34,891 bases of DNA from Rhizaria sp. SCN 62-66 (Eukaryota). The stretch covers positions 62,001 through 96,891 of the forward strand of contig MEDY01000105.1 of assembly GCA_001724265.1 (NCBI GenBank), written 5' to 3'. Below the pieces are notes generated by a model that did not search any database, was not told the DNA's origin, and saw nothing but the letters and a program-made list of their open reading frames with translations. Shown piece by piece: positions 21,972 through 33,571 of the stretch (position 1 is its first letter; every line of letters begins with the position of its first letter). Position numbers and translations under genes: made by a program.

Positions 21972-24021
21972 CGAGCACGCGTCACTAAAACAAAGACGCG
22001 GGAACAGGCAAATAAAGATTGAAGTATAATATGAGTGAGTACTAGAAATTAACAATCAGCTTAGCGTCAGGACCAGGTAGAAACGACAAGGGTTGAGTCC
22101 GTGGCGAGTCACGTCGCCCAGTGCGGCAAACAGGGTCGCTGTCCGGAAAGACTAGCATATTTCGTCGCCATTCCGGCATTAAAAGATGATTCATGTAGCA
22201 TTAAGCATATGGTTTAAAATAGTAAGCTTGAGTCGCTGGATATCAAGCATTGGATCTGTTTGAGTAGAGCTAAGTGTAGGAGGTGGACTCAGGTGCGGAC
22301 CTGATTCGCGCAGACCGAAATACATCGCATAATGAAGTCTATGGGAGATCTAACAAACATATGATATATATAACTTCGGCGTATATCCAAAATAACGCGC
22401 CGCTTCTCCTGCTGGTGGTCCCAGTACGGCTTTCTGGAGCGGTATCAAAACAGCTTTGTCAGCCGCCCGCCGGTTGGCTTCCATCGAGCCCGCGCCGTCG
22501 CTTGTGGTGTTCTGACTACACCTCGAAATCAGTACCTTTTGGGCGATGTAGACTTGAATCAAGAGCAAATCCAAACACAACTAACAGTCCATTATTGATC
22601 GGTGATAAATTCATATAATGAAGCGCATTTCAAGTCCAGAGGTCATTACGTTGCTTAGTATCCTGCCAAAAGTCAGAGCATAATAGATACATGTGTTACT
22701 CACGACCTCACAGCTTGAGTTAATACGAGTCATCGGAAGAAATAAGAGGAGAAGCAGGTTTGAAATATTGTAATTATGGTGTATTTTGAACAAACTTAAC
22801 GAACGAAATATCACCCCACACAGTATGATGAATGAATCACGCTGCGCAGTCCAGATAGCTTTGAACCCGCCCGTAGAGAGCCTTTGTCTTGAGGCTGCGG
22901 CGCGCGAAACGCACCACCCTCGAGACATGAATAAAGCACCTTGAACGAGACAAAACCTATGCGAAAAACGAAAAAAATAATTGCACATTGCCAACAAATA
23001 ACCAACAAAATGCACTGAACGAGCCAATCGGCTTCCTCCTTGTGCCCGTGTTGAGTTGCGTGGCGCCGCTGGTGCTGCGGCCGATGCTAAGCCCGTCTTG
23101 GGGTCGCATTACTCTTTACAGTCTCCTCTTCTCAATGTTCTCTCCAAGCGACAGCGAGCGCCAGTGAGTTTGTGCGATTGTAGTTCAAGTGACGGCAAGC
23201 GAGCGTGTGCGCGCCGAGTGCTGCGTCTGGAGTGCGCCAGAGTGAACGCGCGTACTTGTGTTATCCGAGCGAAGGAGCAGAGGACAAGAGAGAACAGCCA
23301 TCGCTGATTCTCTTACCGCTGACACACAAGCAACTCGAACCCAAGTACGCACGCAGACGCGACCACGGAGACAACATACGAAGCAACATTTAACACACCC
23401 GCCCTTTTTGAGCCGACCCTCGACAAACACACACGTGAAACACATGGGCATCACCAGGATAGAAGAGTTTTGAGAAGAAGAAAAAGAGAGAGAGTGTGAA
23501 GAACAAAACGAGCAACACAGGCGCGCAGCGAAACAGCAAGTAACGCTACGCACACAAAACAAAACGTTGCCGTCGGAAACAAAAGGTGACGAAAGCCTAC
23601 CCAGATAAAAGTTTTAATTTTCCACTCACATGCACACTTCGGGAAAAGTACGGTGTGCAGAGCGACAACGACCTCCGCAGTGCTCTCCCACGCGCGTCAG
23701 ACGCACGGATTGTGCAGCGCTGCGACTGTTATGTCGTCCGATTGTAGACGCAGCCACGTAACTCCCCTATCAAGAAAGTGATGGCGGTAGACACCAGGAA
23801 CAACACAAACAGCATAGACGCACACACAAGCACGCTGAAACGCGCACGAGAGCCGCGCATGGCCAAAAAAATAGATAACAGAGAGAGCAAGAAGCCGAAA
23901 ATACACGACGAAAAGAAAGAAACAATTAACAATCGTTCATTGTCTCTTTTCCTCACCGAAACCTAATTCAGCGCCACTCCCTCAGTTGATATGAAAAAGA
24001 AGACTAATAACGACGAGTTAC

Positions 24022-27000
24022 TTAGATGTCATCGGTCTCAGCGACCGCGACGGCGTCCTCGCTGTGGGCAGCGGCGGAGTAGCCGTTGTTGGTGGCAGCA
24101 GCCTTGCCCATGGCAGCGATGACGTTGGCGTCAAGGGCGTAGGCAGTGAGGGCGCGGTCACGCTTGTCGTCGCCGAGGGACTCAGCGCGGGAAGACGCGC
24201 AGCAGACGCCGAAGATGGACGTGACGAAGAAGATGAAGGGCTTCACAGCGAAGACCTCAACACCGATGGCCGCGAACGCGGAGCCGATCCACTTGCCGGG
24301 GGTGGTGGACACGGTCTGGCCGAGCTGGATGCCGAACGCGCAGATGAGCACGCACATGCCGACAGCCCAGGCGAGGAGGACGAAGTAGGCAGCGAAGGCA
24401 GCGGCATTGGACTCGGTGCCCTTGGCGGAGAGCGTGGCGAGCACGTGCTCCTCCTGGAGAACGATGACCTGGCGCAGGAGCGAGTTCATCTCCAGGACCT
24501 GGCCGGAGGCCTTGGCCTGGAGGATCTGGCGGTAGAGCTCCGAGTGCGCGGGGTTGAGCGAAGCCTTGAGCGACGCCTGATCCTCCTTAGCGAAGAAGTC
24601 GGACGTGCCGAGCTCGTGCAGAGCAACGAGCTCGAAGGCGTAGCGATAGACGAACTTCTTCACACCGGCCTGGTGAGTCGAGTTGAGCAGGGTCTTGAAA
24701 AGGAAGGAGACAAAGACCATGACAACAGCGGCAAGGAACATGACGCCACCGTAGTTGTCGATGTCGGTGCGGGCATCAACGCCGCCCCAGAACATCGCGG
24801 TGAGCGCGAAGCCGGTGAGGTAGACGGTGAGCGCGCCCCACATGCGCGGCACAGAGGAGACGTTGTCGAGCATGTTGCGGGCAAAGACGGAGTAGAGGAG
24901 GTGGTAGTCGGCGAGGACCATGCCGGTGCGCTTGAAGATGTAGTCGCAAGTCGAGGCATCGTTGGGCAGGGGCGCAACGATGGGGGACTTACCGGCGGTC
25001 CACTGCTCGACGAGAGCCTTGGCGGCGTCGGCCTTCTTGGAGCGGTCAACGAAGTACGCGATCACGGTGAAGACGATGAGGACACCGATCCAGACGACGA
25101 TCATGAAGATCGGGGTGCGGTTCGCGTCGAGGGACGAGCGGGAGAGCGTGAGCCAGTCGACGGGCTCGGCGACAGCGGCAGGGGCGACGCCGGCCATGGC
25201 GGCGAAGGTGGTGAGGTGAGAGCACACGCACACGGTCTCGGTCGCGGAAGACGAGCGGAGCGCGCAGCCGGCCTGCGACCAGGAGGAAGTGATGGAAACC
25301 TTGGTGACGTCCTCGGTAGCGTCCTCGTTGAAGAAGCGGCACGCGACATCGTTGGAGATGACGCCGACGAGCTTGGCCTCGTGCTTCAGGGTGACGACGA
25401 CCTCGGAAATGGAGGAAGTGTCGATCTGCTCGCCGTCAACGGTGACGAACTCGAGGCCGGAGATCTCGGACGAGGAGCCGGCATCGTTGGCAACGCCGAT
25501 CGAGGCAGCGAAGCCCTGGTGCGCGATGGTGGTGGTGATGGCCTTGACCTGGGTGATGCCGCGGGCAGTGAGGCCGTCGAAGAAGTCGCGGGAGACGGTG
25601 ATGGCGCCCGTGGAGAACTTGGAGGCAGCAGCGGCGGGGGACGAGACGGTCACGGAGACTGAAGCAACGGAGGCCGAGTGGGAGTTGGTGTTGGCGGACG
25701 TGGCGGAAGCAATGTAGCGGGCAAGCGCGGCGAACGCCTTGAAGACGGAGAGGTTCTCGTGGGCATCGCCATTGGCAGCAGAGGCAACGATGGTGTCATC
25801 GATGATCTCCATGAGCGAGGTGGCGGCGGACACGGTCAGGCCGGTAGAGTCGGCGACGGCGGCAGCGAGCGACTTGGCGAGCGTGATGATCTGCTCGCGG
25901 AGCTCGGCGTTGGACTGCGTGCCGTGCGCGATGGTGGCGAGCACGGAGAGCGCGGTGGTGGAGCCCTGGATGCCGGGGTAGGAGAGGGCGTCGAAGTCGT
26001 TCAGCATGGGGATGTTGTCCGCAAGGGTGTTGAGCAGAGTGGCACGGATCGAGGTCGCGTTGGCGACGTCGGTCGAGTCATCGAGGTCGGAGGCGATCGC
26101 GGTGATGCTCTGGGTGAGGCCAGCGGCGTCCTGGCTGTGAGCGGCCTCGGCGAGGCGCTCCATGGAAGCAGCGCCGGCGCCGACGGTAGACACAACGGTG
26201 AAGGTAGTCTCAGCAACCTCGCCGTAGATGTCGGAGACTGTGACAGTGAACTGGTGAGTGCCACGGGCAAGGAGCGCGTAGTAGACGCCGGTGGACGTAG
26301 TCGCCACAGTGGTCATCGCGCCGCGAACAGCCTGCTTGAAGACGTAGACGAGAGGGGACTCGTCGGACGTGCAGGTGATCTTGTACTCCTGGGTCTCGGC
26401 GGCGAACTCGCTGGAACAGACTGGGGCAGCGGGGGCCTTGTTGATGATGAGGTCAACAGAGACAGACGCGGTGCCGACGTTAGTGCCAGAAACATCCAAG
26501 AAGGAGAACTCACCAGTGCAGATGAAGCTGTCGGCGTTGACGATGGCAGCGGCGAGGGTCTGGGGCGAGATGACGAGCGCGGACACGTCGGCGACGTCGG
26601 CGTCGAGCAGGTTGGGGCACGACCAGACCGAGGTCGAGGTGATGTCGGCGGCGAGCCCGACGTTGGCGACGATCTGCACAGGCGCAGTGACGAGGTTGAC
26701 GTACGCGAGACGGCCAGCAGAGGTCATGGTGCCGAAGCCAGAGACGGTGACGCCGTTGATGGCAAACTGGGCAGCAGAAGCAGTGGTGAGGTCGACAACG
26801 ACGTTGCGGCTAGTAGACTCACCGTTCTTGGTGGCAACGATGCCGAAGGAGACGACGGCGTTGGCGCCGAGGGCCATGAGGTCATCGCGGTGGACGGAGA
26901 GCTGAGCCGCGACGCCGGAGTAGGAGCCATCGACGTTGATGTCAGAGCAGCGCGAGGTGACGCCGCCGACGGTGGCAAAGCACACCCAGCGGAAGGTCAT

Positions 27001-30000
27001 GCCGGTGGAGCCCGCGGGGAGGTTGGCGGGGTCGTATGACTTGCTAGCGTCGAGGGTAAGGATGTCCGAGGGCGATGAGGCGAAGACGGCGGCGGTGCAG
27101 CCGGCGGTCGAGGAGCACGCCTGGCCGTTGACAACGACCACGGGGGCCGAGTTGAGCACAGTCACGACCACAGTCTGCGAGACGTCGTGGGACGCGGGGA
27201 AGGAGCCCTGCTGAATCGCGGTGGCAGTGAAGGTGTACGTGCCAGCAGCGAGCGAGAACGCAGGGAGGTTGAAGTTGGCGCCAGTGCCAACGACGTTGCC
27301 GTTGCGACTCCACTGGATGGCGACCTTGGAGCCGGACGCGGCACAGGGGGAAGAGGCGGCAGTGGCGGAGAGCACGAGGGGCTGCGAGCTGAAGATGGAC
27401 GCGGTGTTGGAAGAGACACGGATCGACGGCACGTTGGAGTCGGCGAGGTTGAACGAGATGATCGACGACGCAGTATTGCGGACCCAGTTGCGGACGGTGA
27501 CGCGGACCTCGTTGCTGATGGACGTGGAGAAGATTGCGCGGACCTCATCGGCAGTAAACGAGACCTTGGGGATCATCTGGTCCGAGTCGACGTTGGCCAT
27601 GTGGTACGACTTGACGCCGGCCTCACGGGCCACAACGGCAGCGAACGCAGCCTTCTGATCGTCAGTGCCCGAGACGAGCTCGAAGCTATAGGCGAGGGGA
27701 GCACCGTTGGCGCCAGTGGAGGCGCTAGCATCGATGGTGAAGGCAGCGCACGTGGTGGCCTCGGTGGTGGACACAACAGCAGCAAGGAGGTTGGTTTTAT
27801 CGGTGATATCGACGTACTTGAGGCCACTGCCAAGAGTGACCTCAGCAACCTCAGCGGAATGGATCAGCGAGGCTTCGATGGCGATGGCGCGGCCACGGAG
27901 ACGGAAGCCGTCAGCGAGGTTGATGGTGATCTTCTCAGGAGAGAAGGCGCAGGTTGCACGGTCGCCGAACTGGTAGTTGGCGGCGGGGAAGACGCTCTTG
28001 CACTGGAAGTCGCTCGCGACATTGTCAGAGTAGTCCTCACGGACAACGGCTCCGTTGGAGTAGCTGCGGACGGCGCGCGAGAAAGACACCCGAGCAGTGG
28101 CACCCTTGAAGGGGATCTCGATAACCATCGCATTGTTGGCATCGGCAATCAGAGAAGCTTCAGTGACCTGAAGCTTGGGGATGCAGACGGAGCCAGAGGA
28201 CCAAACGCCAGCAGCGCACGTCACATCCTGGTTGGCGGGGTTAGCGTGGACGAAACCCTGGTCGCAAACGATGGTGCCGCTGGTGCCCGACGGGTAGTAC
28301 TGAGGGCTGTTGGTGAGCGGGTCGCTCGTGAACAGGACGGTGTGGTTACGGTCGTCGGGCGTGCGCGCTGTCCGGTAAGCCAGGCAGGGGCGCAGAGCGC
28401 ACTTGGGCAGAGAGCGATGAGCAGTGCTATTAGCGTTGACCATGATCTTGGTGTAGTTGTACGCGGGAGTCCAGTCGCCGGTAGGAGAGCACTGAACGAG
28501 GTCCTCGCCGTCAATCATGTACGAGTCCTCCCGAATGTTGCCAGTCGCGCATGACACAGCAAAGATGTCGCCGACAAGGGGAGGGCGAGCAGCGTTAACA
28601 ATGTTGAGCTTGATGTTGTTGGCAGCAGGGAGCGTGAGCGGGCATTGAACGACGGGGAGGCAGATGGTGCTGGGGGCGCTGGCGCTGGCGATGTCGGGGT
28701 ACGACCAGGCGCCATGGCGGCACTCGACGGTCGCCGGAACACCCGCAGCGAGCTTGTAGCCGTAACTGCACACAATGTCAGCAACAAGGCCGGTCGAGTT
28801 GCCAGTGACCTGGGTGGCCCCATCAGTAGACTTGTTGTACGAGACGACCGGAACAACAGAGCCCGAGGCGCCGAGCGAAGGGATTGCGCACGAGGTAGGA
28901 ACGCAGTCCGAAACAGTGTTCTCGACAGCGCCATCAAAAGGCTCAATCGCGTCGGTGCCGACTGCACGCTTGACCCAGATGCCGTCGGAGCTGAGAATGC
29001 CGGTCATCTTGTCGTAGTTGGTCTCGCAAGTGAGGTAAGTGCCGTGGACGCGGATGTTGCCAGCGGCGCAGGCGGGCTGGGAGGCCGTCGAGCCGATGTA
29101 GTTGTTGGGGGCCGTGTAGCCAGTGGGCGGCGCGGGGCACGACACGGGCACGCAGTTCGCGGGCGCGGAGGTCTTGCCCATGCTGTACTTGCCAGTAGAG
29201 GGGTCGCACTCGATGAAGGGCTCAACACTCTCGCTGAGACGAATCGGGAACGCGGTGTTGGCGGCGCACTTAAGATCAATGCGGTCAGGGTTCACATCCA
29301 GGAGCTGCGCCATGTCAAGACGAGCGTTGGCGTAGCCGGTGATCGTAACGAGCTCGGTGGCCGTGGGGAGAGCGCACGAGGTGTAATAGCACTGACTGAC
29401 TGAGGCGATACTGTTGTCATTCATATCAACCCACTCAGCCTTCTTGGCAATAGTGTCAATGTTGCACTTAAAGAGGATGGTCTTAAACTTGTCGCCAGAG
29501 TTTACCTTAAGCACGCGGTTGTCGCCGCATGTGTACGCGTAGACGGCGCCGTGCGAGCGGGCCTGGCTCGCGGTGTCCACGTTGTTGGCGCCCTGGCGAA
29601 CGAGGTAGACAGACGCGGTGAGGTTCGCGTTGGCGGAGTTGGTGGCGTTCACGAACGCGGGCACGGTGGTGATGACGGGGCAGGTGAGCGGTTGGCACGA
29701 CCAGTCGGCAGCAACAAAAGGATCCGAAGCTGAGTCCACCCAGTTGTAGCCGGAAACATCCTTGCAGCTGGCGGTGAACGAGGGCAGGGCCGCACCAGCC
29801 GTGTTGACGAGCTGGTAGTTGTCGGGGCAAGTGAGGGTGAAGGAAGCAGGGACCTCGTCAGCGCCGGTGGCAACGCTGGCAGCCGTGGGGTTGAAGCCGG
29901 GCATGGGGACGCCGAGACCGTTGGCCCACTGGACCTGGACGGCGCTGGCCGACGATTCTGACTGGGGGAGCTCGGGAGCCGCACACTTCATCGAGCACGC

Positions 30001-33000
30001 GGGGAGAATAGCTGGGTCGTCGTCGGAGTTCTTGACACGGAGTCCATCCCCCTTGTTGATACAAGTGAGCGTGAGAAACGTAGGGTAGTGGAACGGGGCG
30101 ACGCACCTGACTGTGATGTCAGTGTTGGACAGGACAACACCGTCAAACTTGACGATGTCGCCGCGGGTGGCGTAGTAAGAGTCAGTGGTGGCGATGTCGT
30201 TGAGAACGATGTTAGTAGTAGGATTAGCAACAGTGAGGCGGAAGTCGTTATCGTCAGCCTGCACGGCGAGATAAGAGTCGCGGATGTAGCACCTATTGAC
30301 AGCGCAAACGGAGTCAAGATCTGCGTCATCGAGATCCCACTGGGGCACGTAAGGAGCCACATCATCGGTCTTCTTGAGCACGCAGCGCAGGGGAGCCGAG
30401 CGGGGCACATAGCCGGACTTGCAGGCAGGCGTGATGTGGTTACCGATAGGGTGCGAGAAGTTCATAACGGCCGCAGCGAAGTCCCAGGTGTTGTAGGGCT
30501 CGACGTTCGTGGACCGGCCGAACACGTCCTTCAGGGGGGGGCACATGATAGGCAGGCACTGGAGCGATTTGGCAACCAGACCAAGGTACTTGAAATCACC
30601 GCCGACGCACTTGACGCTCGGGACATCCTGGTCAACAAACACGGGCAGGTCCGCGCCGGTAATGATAGCAGCCGCAGTGCCAGCAGGGCACTTGAAAGGC
30701 ACGGTGGTGTTATCGAGCACGAGGTATTGGAACGAGTTGGAGGGAATGTCTTGCGTGACGACTTCGTCGTAGGGGTAGTACATGCGGACGTTGGACGCAG
30801 TGGGGTCAAGCGGCGGGAAACCGTTGACAGACCACAGAGGATTCGCGTTGAAGGAAGCGGTCCAGTAAAGGATATCTGTGGGTAGCTCGTTGTCCTTAGC
30901 AAAGTAGTTAAGGAAGTGGACCGCGGGGGTGATCAGGCAGCTGTCAGCAGGAGCAGAGTCCGCGCACTTATCAGCTACCACGTCACCAAATTCACGGAGG
31001 ACAGGACTGTTGTAAGTGCTGTCGAGCACACACTCCCAGCCGCTAGTAGGGCGCTCCGAGCTCTTGCACTCGGCAAAGATGTTGGTGCCAAGGGGAACCT
31101 CAGTGCCAAGCAGGTGCTTGGGGAAGAATTCGGGATCGAACCAAGTCAAATCGGAAGCGAGGAGAGGAATCTTGCACTTCTTGGGCATGCAGCCCGTGCC
31201 AGTAGGACCTGGAGAATCCCATGAGCCTCCTGAGGTGCATACCACACCAGCGGTGACGAACTCATGGGTGGCGTTGCACGATAACTGATTGAGTGTGGTG
31301 CCTGCAATGACAGCCGTGGGGCGCGCCTCGGGCATAAAAGTGACTTTGTTGGTGGGGTTGCTCTCGAGGGAGGTCGTGATCGAGCCATCGTCATTGAGAG
31401 AGCACACATTCGCCGCGCAGGCGAAATCAGATGAGCCCACAACAGTGCCCGCAGTCTTAGAGCCATCGCGAACATAGATCCAGTCGCCGTCTTCGTTGCA
31501 CTCAATCTCGCTGAGATCATCGTAGACAGCACCGCTAGAAGTCAGCAGGCCATCGTTGAACTGGCAGATAGGGCGCGCACGGGTGCCGGTGAGATATGAA
31601 GGCACAATGGCGGCCGGGTCGACGAGACCGCTGGTGAGAACGTTGGTAGCATCGTAGTGCAGGAACTGGTAGAGCGCGTTGGGGGTGGGGGTAAGGCAGT
31701 TCTTGGTGCACGTGTAGTCAGCCGGGTTCGTGTTGGTGAAGAATGTCGCGGAGCCACTCCCGTCATTCAGGCACGAGACGATGAGCTCGCCAGACTTGCC
31801 CGCAGGGAGCGAGTAGCCCGTCGCGCACTCGTACGTGTGGGCATACACACCAGAGGAGATGGAAACGTCGCTCGGGGCGATAGCGCCTGAGGTAAATTGG
31901 TAAGCAGAAGCAGAAATGGTGAACTTAGTATAGATGTCCTCAAAGCTCGTCTGGCAGTCACCAGCGGTAGAGGCGGCAGCGGCCTGCGCGCAGTACAGCG
32001 TCTCGGGGACCCACTTGCCAGGGGGTGAACACGACGCGATGGTGGAGCCGTAGTTGCTCAAATCTTGTGAAGAATCGCAACGAAGCGAGACGCTAGTGCT
32101 GTTACCGACAGGGAGGAGCTCGTACTGGGTTGATGTAAGATCGACGAGAGGGCCATCGAAGCGCTGGAAGGACTTCAAGTTGAGGTCGGAGATACTGCAC
32201 GCGACGGGGGCGAAGAGAACCGAGGCGGCGGGCACGAGGATGCGGGTGCTAGGGTTCTCCACACCGGCGGAATCGACGCACTTGGCGGTGATGGTGATGT
32301 TCTGAGTCTGGAACTGGCCCGGAGTGGTGGAGTTGAAGTTGTAAGAGCAGTCGAACGGGATCTCCTCGTAGGTACCGGAGGCAGCAACTTCGATCACTTT
32401 GGACGAATCAGTACCAAAGCACTTAACACCCTCACCAAGAGTACCGTCAGAAAGACGAACGTTGACCGCAACGCTGACATACTTACAGATGTAACTGAGA
32501 TCAAGCGTTACGTCATCAGTCGTGAAAACAAGTTTGCGGGCAGAATCAGGCTGGTTGGCCTGAATGAGCTCCAGTGTAGGAGAGGAACGCACTCCGAACT
32601 GGGCGTCAAAGTGGTTTTTGTTGGCGCCCGAGACGTTGCTAATATCGGAGTAGCTTAGGTCAACGAGAACGACATCGGCAACGTCAAAGGCATACGAGAG
32701 AACCGTGTACATGTCAGTCGTCTCGCCAGTTAAGGAAGAACTCATGGCGGCATCCTTGACAAGGACCGCCTTGATGCGGACACCAATGTCGGGCTCCGAG
32801 CAGGCGAATGCAAACTTAACAGTGTTGACAGTAGCAGTGTCAGAGGTGGGGATCTGAACCTTGATCGCTTTGTCGCCAACGTTGGACACAATGTTCCCAG
32901 TCATGGTGTACAGAGAGCAAGTATGATTCGCGGTGACAGTATCGGTGACGATAGAGAGCTGAAGTTCGTAGCCGGCAGGAGCGGTGACATTGGCATACTC

Positions 33001-33571
33001 CAGGACGTTGGGCGTCACGTAGTCGCGGTCAGCCACCATAGTGCGGGTGACACTCATGGAAGCGGGGGTGAAGTCAAGGCAGTTGATCGAGGCATCCTGA
33101 CTACCAGTGGCAGTGGCCGCCGACTGGGGAATCCAGGTGTTGCCGACGCACTTGAGGTAAGCAGGGTACGGATAGGTCTGGATAGGGCAGCCCATCGTAA
33201 GGAAATCCGTCTGGAACGCGGTGTAGTCAGTGAGAACGTTACACGCCGAGGCGAACGCGAGGCCTGAGGTTGAGGAAGCAAAGGAAGTTGATATCAACGG
33301 ACGAAAAGGAAGGCGAGAAGGAGGGCGAGAACAAATGGATAAAAGGGGTCAACTAGGGACGCAGAAGAGGAGGGCAGGAATAACAAATTGAATGCGACTG
33401 GAGCCATGTTAAGAGGGTTCTTTGACAACGACAACCTCGTCGCAATGAAGGTTCAAGGTGAAGGCAGTCGGACGTGTAGAAGCGGCGCAAAACGGGGTGC
33501 GACGTACCGGCGACGGCGATAATACAAAAATACAGCCATCGCTGTACTAATGTAGTAGAGTGCCCAATCAT
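24022..33571 (-). CDS. Giant cell-surface polycystin-1/REJ-like protein, ~3101 aa: signal peptide, Sushi/CCP-like repeats, REJ, GAIN/GPS, ~5 TM (exon 1 33571-33508, intron 33507-33264, exon 2 33263-24022)
   Basis: Splicing G|GTACGT...CTCAG|GC creates the signal peptide MIGHSTTLVQRWLYFCIIAVAGLAFASA. Tandem four-Cys modules (e.g. VCDQGF...TCAAGVW..C), REJ-type motifs TIDASAS and LDASKSYDP, GPS CRFFNE...WSQAGC...CVCSHLTTFAAM, and PKD1-like DYHLLYSVF...RMW...AMFW TM region. Confidence 0.88.
28180..32200 (-). repeat. About 15 tandem divergent Sushi/CCP-like four-cysteine modules (protein-level repeat)
   Basis: Counted by eye: a recurring C-x-x-P...C-x-x-G-Y/F...C...G-x-W...C pattern with short linkers between modules. 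Confidence 0.7.

Noticed and set aside
22858-22875. tRNA T-loop-like GGTTCAAA on the minus strand (would matter as a UAG suppressor tRNA)
   Set aside because: No T-stem pairing or cloverleaf could be built; no tRNA is evident in the window.
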